This document shows positions 9,381 to 18,232 of a DNA stretch of 64,000 nt, in pieces. Made by a program: the position numbers and the translations under genes. The notes beneath the pieces were generated by a model. The model searched no databases, was not told the DNA's origin, and saw only the letters and a list, made by a program, of their open reading frames with translations. The first letter of the stretch is position 1. Every line of letters starts with the position of its first letter. This stretch comes from Caldilineaceae bacterium (GTDB lineage Bacteria > Chloroflexota > Anaerolineae > Caldilineales > Caldilineaceae). The stretch covers positions 161,217 through 225,216 of the forward strand of contig CBDDPZ010000009.1 of the NCBI GenBank assembly GCA_965232575.1, written 5' to 3'.

Positions 9381-10520
9381 ATGTACGAACTTCCTGAAGA
9401 TGTCAAGATGTTGCAGGAACTGGCGATGGACTTCACGCGACGAGAGATTATGCCTCGCGCGGAATATTACGATCAGAATGATGAATGGCCGTGGGATGTA
9501 TTTCAAAAAGCACGGGAGGTGGGGCTTGTCAATCTCAACGTTCCAGAGGAATACGGGGGTATGGGCGCCACCGCACTGGAAGAGTGCGTGATAGCTGAGT
9601 CGATGGCTTATGGGTGCTCCGGCATCCAAACGGCCTTGATGCTGAATCAACTTGCTACTCTACCTCTGCTTATTGCAGGTTCCGAGGAACAGAAGCGGCG
9701 TTATCTACCTTGGATTGTGGATGATGGCAAAGTTGCCGCGTACTGCATGACGGAGCCTGATGCAGGGTCGGACGTCGCCGGCATCAAGTCCACCGCTATG
9801 CGTCGTCACGATACATATGTCTTGAATGGATCCAAGACTTGGATAACTGACGGCCCGGTTGCAAGCTTCTTCGCGGTGTTCGCAAAGACGGACCCGGAGG
9901 CAGGTCATAACGGCATCAGTTGCTTTCTGGTCGAACGGGACTGGCCCGGTGTGAGTACAAGCAAACCGCTCGCGAAGATGGGCCAGCACGCTGCCCAGGC
10001 CTGTCAGGTGTTTTTCGAAAATGTCGAGGTCCCGGCGTGCAACCGGCTGGGAGAAGAGGGCGAAGGCTTTCGAATCGGGATGAAGGCGTTCGACAAGAGC
10101 AGACCCGGGGTGGCAACCGCCGCGATTGGCGTTGCACGGCGGGCGCTGGACGAAGCAGTTGCTTATGCAGGTGAGCGCACTGCGTTTGGTCAACCGATTT
10201 CCCACTTTCAAGGCGTGGGCTTCATGCTGGCGGATATGGCAATCAGGGTGGAGGCAGGACGGCACCTGGCCTACAAGGCGGCTTGGGATGTGGACAGAGG
10301 AAATCGCAACACGATGTCAGCGGCCATAGCGAAGGCCTATTGCGCAGAGGCGGCTATGAAGAATGCGACAGATGCAGTCCAGGTTTTCGGCGGCAACGGT
10401 TACAGCAAAGAGTTCCCTGTTGAGAAGCTGATGCGTGACGCCAAGATCTATCAGATTTACGAGGGAACGACTCAGATTCAACAGATGATCATCATGCGGG
10501 AACTGTACCGGGAGGGTTGA
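9381..10520 (+). CDS. acyl-CoA dehydrogenase
   Basis: ..[21 protein letters not shown].. and ..[34 protein letters not shown].. are the two acyl-CoA dehydrogenase signature blocks. Length 379 aa. Confidence 0.95.
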   Translation: MYELPEDVKMLQELAMDFTRREIMPRAEYYDQNDEWPWDVFQKAREVGLVNLNVPEEYGGMGATALEECVIAESMAYGCSGIQTALMLNQLATLPLLIAGSEEQKRRYLPWIVDDGKVAAYCMTEPDAGSDVAGIKSTAMRRHDTYVLNGSKTWITDGPVASFFAVFAKTDPEAGHNGISCFLVERDWPGVSTSKPLAKMGQHAAQACQVFFENVEVPACNRLGEEGEGFRIGMKAFDKSRPGVATAAIGVARRALDEAVAYAGERTAFGQPISHFQGVGFMLADMAIRVEAGRHLAYKAAWDVDRGNRNTMSAAIAKAYCAEAAMKNATDAVQVFGGNGYSKEFPVEKLMRDAKIYQIYEGTTQIQQMIIMRELYREG

Positions 10521-10661
10521 ACTCATAGGATCGGAGGCGGTGCAGATCGTGTTCTGAATCTACCCCGATTTGCTTTCCGGCGGGTCACTGATTGGCAAAG
10601 AAACATTGGATTTGTTCGCACTTTCAGCGCGTGGCTAACCGTCATTCGGCGACCGATTTCA

Positions 10662-10690
10662 TTGACATTTGCTGAGAAAAAATGTAGAAT
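10662..10690 (+). promoter_or_regulatory. near-consensus sigma70-type promoter (TTGACA-17-TAGAAT)
   Basis: TTGACA at 10662..10667, 17-nt spacer, TAGAAT at 10685..10690 with abutting TG. It lies about 150 nt upstream of the EF-G paralogue, which has a GAGGAGG SD. Confidence 0.65.
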
Positions 10691-10839
10691 GTCGTCCGGC
10701 TGCATGTCAGCGTCTATTTCACAATAAATCAATACGCGGTGGGCCAACGTCAATTGGCGTCGTCCGCTTTAGTTTCATTTACAGCAGATACATTCAATAT
10801 CTCGTTCAGGGTTTTTGCAGACTGGTGTGAGGAGGATTC

Positions 10840-12903
10840 ATGGCCGAGTTTTCGACTGACAAGATTCGCAATGTCACAATACTTGGACACGGGAGTTCCG
10901 GGAAAACATCCCTCGTTGAAGCGCTTCTATTCAACGGCGGCGGGACAAGCCGTGTGGGGCGGATCGAGGATGGGTCCACGGTCTCAGACTGGGACGATGA
11001 AGAACAGCGGCGCGGCATTTCGATCAATCTTTCCGTCGTTCCTGTTGAATTTCAGGAGACCAAACTCAATTTGGTGGACACACCTGGTTACCTAGATTTC
11101 GTTGGCGAAGTTATCAGCGGGTTATCCGTATCGGAGGCCGGCTTGGTGCTTCTCGACTCGGTGGCGGGTGTTGAAGTTGGGACGGAATTAGCGTGGGAAC
11201 AGTTGGACGCGGTCGAAAAGCCCCGCCTTATATTTGTCAACAAGATGGACCGGGAGAACGCCAACTTCGCAAATGCCCTTGCAAGCGCTACTGAGGTATT
11301 CTCCGGAACGATTCTGCCGTTCCAACTGCCAATAGGTTCAGGCGAAAGTTTCGAAGGCGTCGTCAACTTGGTCGATATGAAGGCTTATTTGGGATCTGAT
11401 GCGACCGTCGCTGACGTCCCTGCTGATATGGAGGACGCGGTGGCTGAGGCCAGGCAGAACCTTGTCGATGCTGCGGCCGAGACCGACGACGAGTTGATCA
11501 TGAAGTATCTCGAAGGCGAAGAGCTGACAGAAGACGAGGTGCGACAGGGTCTGCGGCAGGGCGTGCAGGAAGGCCAGATAGTGCCCGTCTTTTGCGGGAG
11601 CGCCATTCAGAATATCGGCTTGTTCAGCTTGGCGCGCGCATTGACGAACTATGTTCCTTCGCCGGCAGACGTAGTCAGCTCGGTTCCAAACGGGGACGAC
11701 GAGCAGCAGGAACTCTCCGCCGATGCTGAAGGACCTGTTGTCGCCTATATATTCAAGACAATTGTCGACCGCTACGTGGGCCGCATGAGCTACGTTCGTA
11801 TCCTTTCCGGCACACTTTCCGTAGACCAGGGTGCAACCATCCAGCGCTCCGCCGAGAAAGTGAAACTGCAGAATCTGTTTCACGTCAGCGGAAAAGAGTT
11901 GGAAGCCGCTTCCGGGCTCACCGCAGGGGACATTGGCGTACTCACTAAGATGGACGGGCTGAAGACCTCCGATACCCTCAGTGAGCAGCAGCTAATCATT
12001 CCGCCGCCGGAGTATCCAAGGCCGCTCTATTCAGTGGCGGTGATGCCGGCGACCAAGGCCGACAGCGCTAAAATGGGGCAGGGCTTGCAGGCTTTGGCAG
12101 AGGAGAATCCGACTCTTCAAGTCGAGTATGTGAACGCGACAAAGCAGAACATATTGCAAGGGATGGGCGACACGCACATCGATGTTGCGATAAGAAGCCT
12201 GGATAGCAAGTTCGGCGTAAAGGTAGACACGGCGATGCCGAGGGTGCCTTATCAAGAGACGGTAACCCGGACCGCTAGCGCCCACTACCGACACAAGAAA
12301 CAGACCGGTGGCGCGGGCCAGTTTGCCGATGTGGAGTTGCGAGTTGAGCCTCTGGACCGGGGCGACGGATTTGCTTACGACAGCGAGGTCTTTGGCGGCT
12401 CGATCCCCAGCGTATTCATCCCTTCAATCGAGAAAGGGATCCGGCAGATTCTCGATCAGGGCGTGATCGCCGGCTATCCGATTGTCGATATCAAAGCCAT
12501 CGTTTTCGATGGAAAGCACCATCCGGTCGACTCGAAGGACATCGCGTTCCAGACCGCCGGCCGCGAGGTCTTCAAGATCGCTATGCAGGAAGCCCGCCCT
12601 GTCCTGTTGGAGCCGATCTACACGATGCGGGTGACGGTCCCCGACGAATTCATGGGCGACGTGATGGGAGATCTCAACAACCGCCGCGGCCGCGTGTTGG
12701 GGATGGAGAACAGGAACAACCGCGCCATCATCAACGCTGAGATTCCACTTGCCGAGATTCTGCGCTACGGTACGGACCTGCGTTCCATGACACAGGGCCG
12801 CGGCATCTACACGATTGAGTTTGGCCGCTACGAACCTGTCCCCAGCCACTTGGCCGATCAGGTCATCTCTCAGAGCAAAGAGGAGGAGGTTGAGCAGGAG
12901 TAG
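10840..12903 (+). CDS. fusA: elongation factor G paralogue (EF-G2 type)
   Basis: 687 aa. G1 ..ILGHGSSGKTSLVEALLF.., G3 ..LVDTPGYLDFVGEV.., G4 ..VNKMD... Domains II-V are present (..VAYIFKTIVDRYVGRMSYVRILSG.., ..ILEPIYTMRVTVPDEFMGDVMGDLNNRRGRV..). Confidence 0.95.
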   Translation: MAEFSTDKIRNVTILGHGSSGKTSLVEALLFNGGGTSRVGRIEDGSTVSDWDDEEQRRGISINLSVVPVEFQETKLNLVDTPGYLDFVGEVISGLSVSEAGLVLLDSVAGVEVGTELAWEQLDAVEKPRLIFVNKMDRENANFANALASATEVFSGTILPFQLPIGSGESFEGVVNLVDMKAYLGSDATVADVPADMEDAVAEARQNLVDAAAETDDELIMKYLEGEELTEDEVRQGLRQGVQEGQIVPVFCGSAIQNIGLFSLARALTNYVPSPADVVSSVPNGDDEQQELSADAEGPVVAYIFKTIVDRYVGRMSYVRILSGTLSVDQGATIQRSAEKVKLQNLFHVSGKELEAASGLTAGDIGVLTKMDGLKTSDTLSEQQLIIPPPEYPRPLYSVAVMPATKADSAKMGQGLQALAEENPTLQVEYVNATKQNILQGMGDTHIDVAIRSLDSKFGVKVDTAMPRVPYQETVTRTASAHYRHKKQTGGAGQFADVELRVEPLDRGDGFAYDSEVFGGSIPSVFIPSIEKGIRQILDQGVIAGYPIVDIKAIVFDGKHHPVDSKDIAFQTAGREVFKIAMQEARPVLLEPIYTMRVTVPDEFMGDVMGDLNNRRGRVLGMENRNNRAIINAEIPLAEILRYGTDLRSMTQGRGIYTIEFGRYEPVPSHLADQVISQSKEEEVEQE

Positions 12904-13077
12904 ATCAAGTATGTCGTTTCGGTGAGGTAGTCGCATCAGTGCGGAGAACTAAATCAGAGTCGGGAGAATTGCTGCTAGCGCAATAGTCATCGCGAATACA
13001 GCCCGATAGTGTGTGCAGATGTCGGGTTAGATTTCATTGCTTCCCAAGAGTGAACTATAATTTAGGGGTCAAGAAAT

Positions 13078-13106
13078 GCCGGCGGAGACCGTCGGCGTTT
13101 TTGTGT
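13078..13106 (+). terminator. Rho-independent terminator downstream of the EF-G paralogue
   Basis: 8-bp GC-rich stem (gccggcgg / ccgtcggc, one G-U pair), aga loop, then gtttttgtgt. Confidence 0.6.
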
Positions 13107-13256
13107 AACGAGCCGGCACCCGGCCCACTGGGCGCTGACGCGATTAAACTTGAATTCCGCATCTCACAGCGAACTGGGGAGAGGCTCAGAAGTTGCTAGA
13201 CGGAGGAAAATGTATCCCATGTCCGAAGTCGGAAACTCCCGGTCGGAGCGCCTGAA

Positions 13257-14828
13257 GTGCTGAACGCTCCGTTTTTGGCAGGCCTGCAGGTCCTCTACCT
13301 GGTCGGCGCGATTGGACTAGCCATCTACGGCTTGCAAGCGCTGATACTCACCTTGCTGAAGCTGCGCGAGGAAAGGCTGCATCAAAAGGCGACTGCACGC
13401 ACAGTCGAAGGCCCGACCGGTCATTTACACAATGAGGCCTTCGACTGGCCGGCCGTGACCGTGCAACTGCCCGTCTACAACGAAGTTCACGTGGTCGGGC
13501 GTCTCATCGACGCCTGCGCCAATCTCGACTATCCCTCCGATCGGTTACAGATCCAGGTGCTCGACGATTCGACCGATGGCACTACGTCGATCGCTGAGAG
13601 CCGGGCGGCCTTCTGGCGCAAACGCGGCGTCGATGTCCAGGTGCTGTATCGCAACGAACGCCATGGGTATAAGGCAGGAGCGTTAAGGGAAGGTCTGTCG
13701 AAAGCAACGGGCGAGTTTATCGCGGTTTTTGACGCAGACTTCGCGCCCCAGCCCGATTTTCTCAGGCGCACCCTACCCACCTTCCTCGAAGAATCTGCAA
13801 AGGAAATCGGATTCGTACAGACCCGGTGGACGCATCTGAACGGAGAATTCTCAGCACTGACAATGGCCCAGGCGCTGGCGCTGGACGGTCATTTCGTTGT
13901 TGAGCAGGCTGCACGCCATTCAGTAGGGTTACCGTTCGGGTTCAACGGTTCCGCGGGCGTGTGGCGGCGGGACTGTATCGAAGACCAAGCGGTAGGAGGC
14001 TGGCAGGACGACACACTCTGTGAGGACCTGGATCTGAGCTACCGGGCCCAGTTGGCGGGCTGGCGGGGCGTCTACCTGGACGAAGTAGAGGCGCCCGCCG
14101 AATTGCCGCCCCAGCTACTGGCCTTCAAACGCCAGCAGTTCAGGTGGGCGAAGGGCAGTGTGGCGACGTTGCGAAAGCTGGCCGCCTCGGTCTGGAATGG
14201 GGGATGGCCATCCTTGAAGAGGACTGCTGCATACGTCCATCTGGGCGGTTACCTGATTCATCCACTCTTGCTGCTGTTGCTCCTTGTTTCCCCTCTTCTC
14301 ATGCTGTCTGGCGGCCAGCCCTACTGGCCTCTGGCATATCTGAGCATGGTCTCAGTTGGTCCCCCCGCGCTGTATGCGTTGGCGCAGCGCCGTCTTCATC
14401 CGCAGGACTGGCTGCGGCGCTGGGCTCATTTGCCTCTGCTGATGCTCTTGGGAATGGGGCTTTCACTCAGTAATTCAGTTGCCGCTTGGCAGGCGATATT
14501 CGGGAAGGGTGGGACCTTTCTGCGGACACCTAAGTTCTGTGTCGAGGGTAGTTCCGATTCATGGCACCGGAGCGGCTATGCCCTTGAATTAGAACCACTT
14601 GTCGCGGGCGAACTGTTTCTCGCCGTCTACGCCGGGATTGGGTGCTACGTTGCGGCCATTCACGGCCAGTTGTGGAATCTGCCCTTTCTTGCCTTTTACG
14701 CTTGCGGATACGCGCTTGTGGCTGTAATCGGGCTATATGAGTCATGGATGGCGAGCGCCCCGCGCAAGCAGCGCGGGGGCGGAACTGGCAGGCCATTTCG
14801 GCCGAAGAACCTTGTCAAATACCGTTGA
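13257..14828 (+). CDS. family 2 glycosyltransferase, membrane-embedded processive type (CslA / glucosyl-diacylglycerol synthase-like)
   Basis: GTG start. ..VQLPVYNE.., ..VLDDSTD.., ..AVFDADF.., ..CEDLDLSYR.., ..QQFRWAKGS.. give the D,D,D,QxxRW pattern. One N-terminal and several C-terminal TM helices. Confidence 0.9.
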   Translation: MLNAPFLAGLQVLYLVGAIGLAIYGLQALILTLLKLREERLHQKATARTVEGPTGHLHNEAFDWPAVTVQLPVYNEVHVVGRLIDACANLDYPSDRLQIQVLDDSTDGTTSIAESRAAFWRKRGVDVQVLYRNERHGYKAGALREGLSKATGEFIAVFDADFAPQPDFLRRTLPTFLEESAKEIGFVQTRWTHLNGEFSALTMAQALALDGHFVVEQAARHSVGLPFGFNGSAGVWRRDCIEDQAVGGWQDDTLCEDLDLSYRAQLAGWRGVYLDEVEAPAELPPQLLAFKRQQFRWAKGSVATLRKLAASVWNGGWPSLKRTAAYVHLGGYLIHPLLLLLLLVSPLLMLSGGQPYWPLAYLSMVSVGPPALYALAQRRLHPQDWLRRWAHLPLLMLLGMGLSLSNSVAAWQAIFGKGGTFLRTPKFCVEGSSDSWHRSGYALELEPLVAGELFLAVYAGIGCYVAAIHGQLWNLPFLAFYACGYALVAVIGLYESWMASAPRKQRGGGTGRPFRPKNLVKYR

Positions 14829-14840
14829 GGCCTGTACAAT
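14812..14840 (+). promoter_or_regulatory. putative promoter (TTGTCA-17-TACAAT) inside the 3' end of the GT2 gene
   Basis: TTGTCA at 14812..14817, 17-nt spacer, TACAAT at 14835..14840 with abutting TG. It would drive the small ORF at 14954 and polA. Confidence 0.5.
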
Positions 14841-14953
14841 TGTTGTAAGTCGGTGTGCGAGCCGTGGGACCCAAGATCTTCGAACCGCTAGCTCCTGTAG
14901 ACGGCGAAGATTGACGGCTCTAAGGGTTGAATCCTGGACAAAGGAAGGTTGCC

Positions 14954-15169
14954 GTGTCAAAACGCAGCTATGATGACATCACCTGGCTGGAGGATCCGAA
15001 AGAGGTAATAATCCTTTCCAACCGAAGCGAAAAGAACTATATTTTGGAACTTCCTACGGGCCTATATCGTCTAGATGCTGGTCGCAGAATGCGCACACTA
15101 CGATCTATTTTGGACATCGGCCAGATAAAAGAGTTGGTGTCCAGCGGGCATTTGGTGGTCGAGGATTAG
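14954..15169 (+). CDS. small hypothetical protein (71 aa)
   Basis: ORF track 14927..15169. GTG 14954 is preceded by AAGGAAGG with 5-nt spacing. Sequence: VSKRSYDDITWLEDPKEVIILSNRSEKNYILELPTGLYRLDAGRRMRTLRSILDIGQIKELVSSGHLVVED. No family recognised. Confidence 0.5.
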   Translation: MSKRSYDDITWLEDPKEVIILSNRSEKNYILELPTGLYRLDAGRRMRTLRSILDIGQIKELVSSGHLVVED

Positions 15170-15278
15170 TGGAACTACCCCATACAGCGTAGCGCATTCT
15201 GGAGGCGTACCGCTCTTAGCCTGCGTTCCCTGCAGTTGGAAAACGGTACACGCAGACAGTTAATCATGGTGAGCGAGA

Positions 15279-18149
15279 GTGGCGACCTACTTGTTTATTG
15301 ATGGTCATTCCCAAGCGTTTCGATCCTTCTTCGGTGTTAAGACACCGCTGGTTACCTCACGAGGGGAACCAACCACGGCTGTGTTCGGCTTCTTTCGCAA
15401 GCTGTTTAGTGTACTGCGGGATTACCAGCCTGACGGCGTAGCGGTCGCATTTGACAAAGGGGATACCTGGCGCCACGAAGAGTTTGTTGAGTACAAGGCC
15501 ACCCGGGACGCCATGCCCGACGAGATGCGTCCCCAAATGGATCGCATCATACAGGTCCTGGAAGCGCTGAAGATCCCAATCCTATCACTCGACAATTTCG
15601 AGGCCGACGATGTTTTGGGCGGGCTTGCCCGTCAAGCTGCCGAAGAAGGACATGACGTCCTCATTCTATCCGGCGACCGCGACATGTTTCAGCTGGTTGC
15701 GGATCGCGTCAAGATCCTCTATACATCGGGCGGTCCATCTCCGACTACGTTAGCCTATGGCGTCACGGAGGTTGCCGAGCGTTACGGGGGCCTTGACCCC
15801 GTACAGTTTCTCGAAATGAAGGCACTGGTGGGAGACCACTCCGACAATATTCCCGGTGTGTCAGGAGTTGGCGAAAAGACCGCAATTCGATTCCTAAGAG
15901 AGTATGGTTCTCTTGATGGACTCTACTCTCACATCGACGAAGTTAAGGGGCCTAAGACTCAGCAGAATCTGCGGGATGCCGAGGCGGACGTCCGGCGCAA
16001 CAAAAGGCTGATGACGATTGTCAGTGATTTGGACGTCACGTTCAATGCCGAAGCGTTCCTTCTGCAGGAGTACGACAGCGGCGCGGTGCGACGCATTTTT
16101 GAAGAGTTAGATTTTCGCAGTCTTCAGCGTGAATTAGACCAGTTGGGCGAGTCAGGTTTTCGGGACAAGGGTGAAAGCCAGCCGGCCCAAACAGACTCTG
16201 CGTTCGCGCAGTCGGCCCTATTCTCCGATACGGAGTTCGCATCAGTTTCATCAGGTTGGCGTCCGTCGGCGAGCGCAACAGAGGAGCACCCCTACCGATG
16301 CATTCAGAGCCAGGCGGACTTGAAAAGGGTGTGTGCGGAGCTTGAACAGGCAGAGCTCCTTTCCTTTGACGTCGAGACCACCGGACGGGATCCGATGAGC
16401 GCGGGCTTGGTAGGGTTGGGCATCGCCTGGGCAAAAGGGGAAGGCTGCTATATTCCCATAGCGCACAGCAGCGGTGACCAACTGCCTTGGGAAGACGTGC
16501 TGGAGGCAGTGCAGAAGTTTTTCTCTGATCCGAACCTGCCGAAGGTGGCGCACAACGGGAAGTACGATTTGGTTGTCTGCCGCAGGCACGGGCTCCAAGT
16601 TGAAGGGCCGATCCACGATACGATGACGATCGCCTGGCTGCTGGATCCGGCCAATCGGTCGCTCGGCCTCAAGAGCCAGGCTGAGATGGAACTTGGCTGG
16701 ACGATGACAGAGATTTCGGAACTCATCGGTTCAGGCCGTAATCAGCTTTCTATCGCCGAGGTGGACATCGATCGTGTTACCGGCTATTGCGGGGCAGACG
16801 TGGACGCGACAATTCATTTGTGGGGAGTTCTCGCGCCGCGTTTGAAAGAGGCCAGCAGCCGCGTGTGGAAGCTCTATGAAGAGATAGAACTGCCGCTACT
16901 GCCAGTACTTGCTGATATGGAGATGTCCGGCATTCGGATGAACACTGATTTTCTGGCGAAACTTTCCGAGAGGCTGGCAATGCGGCTGCAGGAAATCAAT
17001 GCGTCGCTGAAGGGAATTGCGGGCCATGAGTTCAACCTTCGCAGTACGCAGCAGCTCAGCACTGTGATGTTCACTGAACTGGCATTCCCAACCAAAGGGC
17101 TAAAGAAGACGCGGTCCGGATTTGTCAGCACGGCGGCCGGCGAATTGGAAAAGCTGAAGGCGACCACGACGGAGTTATCTCCGGAACAGAACCTGTTTCT
17201 GGACCAGCTTTTTGAGCAACGTCAACTCGAAAAACTGCGGGGAACTTATGTCGATGCGCTGGGCGAACTTGTCAATGAGGGTACCGGCCGCGTCCATACC
17301 AGTTACAATCAGAGCGGTTCCTCCACGGGCCGCCTAAGCAGCAGCAATCCGAATCTGCAAAACATCCCAATTCGCACCGAGCGCGGGCGGGAAATCCGGA
17401 AGGCGTTCGAAGCCGAAAAGGGTTGCGTGCTACTGGCCGCAGACTATAGCCAGGTGGAGCTGCGAATTCTGGCGCATATTGCCAAGGAAGGGCCGCTATT
17501 GGAGGCTTTTCGACAGGAGCAGGACATTCATGCCGTGACCGCGTCGCGACTGTTTGAAGTACCATTGGACCAGGTCACTTACGAGCAACGGGGACTGGGC
17601 AAAACGATCAACTTTGCAACGATTTACGGCGTCAGAGCCTTCGGCCTCAGTAGCCGAACCGACATGGACCCAGTAGAGGCCCAGCAGTTCCTGGACCAAT
17701 ATTTTGCGACCTATCCGAACGTACGCCAATACATAGACAAAACCATTCGAACCGCCAATGAAGAGGGATATGTTGAGACGCTCCTGGGTCGCAGGCGCAA
17801 TTTTCTTGAACTACAAGGGAACCTACCCTTTAATCAGAGACAGGCACTTGAACGACAGGCGATTAACGCCCCGATCCAGGGGACTGCCGCTGACATCACT
17901 AAATTGGCAATGAGCAACCTCCATAGGCGTATCCAGAGTGAGGGTCTGAAGGCGAAGATGCTTCTACAGGTTCACGATGAATTGGTTCTGGAAGTACCTG
18001 ACGAGGAATTGGACGAGGTTGCACCGATCGTTCGCGATGAAATGGAATCGGCTTTCGCATTGGACGTACCTTTGAGAGTTGATATTGAAGCTGGACCGAA
18101 CTGGTACGATATGGAGGAGCTGCCACTTTCACTAGCACTGGCGCAGTGA
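15279..18149 (+). CDS. polA: DNA polymerase I
   Basis: 956 aa. 5'-nuclease (..LFIDGHSQAFRSFF..), 3'-5' exo-like domain (..LSFDVETTG..), and family A motifs A ..LLAADYSQVELRILAH.., B ..RGLGKTINFATIYG.., C ..LQVHDELVLEV... Confidence 0.97.
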   Translation: MATYLFIDGHSQAFRSFFGVKTPLVTSRGEPTTAVFGFFRKLFSVLRDYQPDGVAVAFDKGDTWRHEEFVEYKATRDAMPDEMRPQMDRIIQVLEALKIPILSLDNFEADDVLGGLARQAAEEGHDVLILSGDRDMFQLVADRVKILYTSGGPSPTTLAYGVTEVAERYGGLDPVQFLEMKALVGDHSDNIPGVSGVGEKTAIRFLREYGSLDGLYSHIDEVKGPKTQQNLRDAEADVRRNKRLMTIVSDLDVTFNAEAFLLQEYDSGAVRRIFEELDFRSLQRELDQLGESGFRDKGESQPAQTDSAFAQSALFSDTEFASVSSGWRPSASATEEHPYRCIQSQADLKRVCAELEQAELLSFDVETTGRDPMSAGLVGLGIAWAKGEGCYIPIAHSSGDQLPWEDVLEAVQKFFSDPNLPKVAHNGKYDLVVCRRHGLQVEGPIHDTMTIAWLLDPANRSLGLKSQAEMELGWTMTEISELIGSGRNQLSIAEVDIDRVTGYCGADVDATIHLWGVLAPRLKEASSRVWKLYEEIELPLLPVLADMEMSGIRMNTDFLAKLSERLAMRLQEINASLKGIAGHEFNLRSTQQLSTVMFTELAFPTKGLKKTRSGFVSTAAGELEKLKATTTELSPEQNLFLDQLFEQRQLEKLRGTYVDALGELVNEGTGRVHTSYNQSGSSTGRLSSSNPNLQNIPIRTERGREIRKAFEAEKGCVLLAADYSQVELRILAHIAKEGPLLEAFRQEQDIHAVTASRLFEVPLDQVTYEQRGLGKTINFATIYGVRAFGLSSRTDMDPVEAQQFLDQYFATYPNVRQYIDKTIRTANEEGYVETLLGRRRNFLELQGNLPFNQRQALERQAINAPIQGTAADITKLAMSNLHRRIQSEGLKAKMLLQVHDELVLEVPDEELDEVAPIVRDEMESAFALDVPLRVDIEAGPNWYDMEELPLSLALAQ

Positions 18150-18232
18150 GCCGGCGCCATGTTCAGCGGGGCAAGATTGGAGATTTCTGCGCACCGCGCC
18201 TTATTCAATGCCGGCCATCCGGGAAGTAGATA

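Noticed and set aside
13055-13106. TATAAT at 13055..13060 followed 18 nt later by the terminator hairpin, considered as a tiny sRNA or attenuator unit.
   Set aside because: No acceptable -35 or TG extension precedes the TATAAT. The hairpin is adequately explained as the terminator of the EF-G paralogue.
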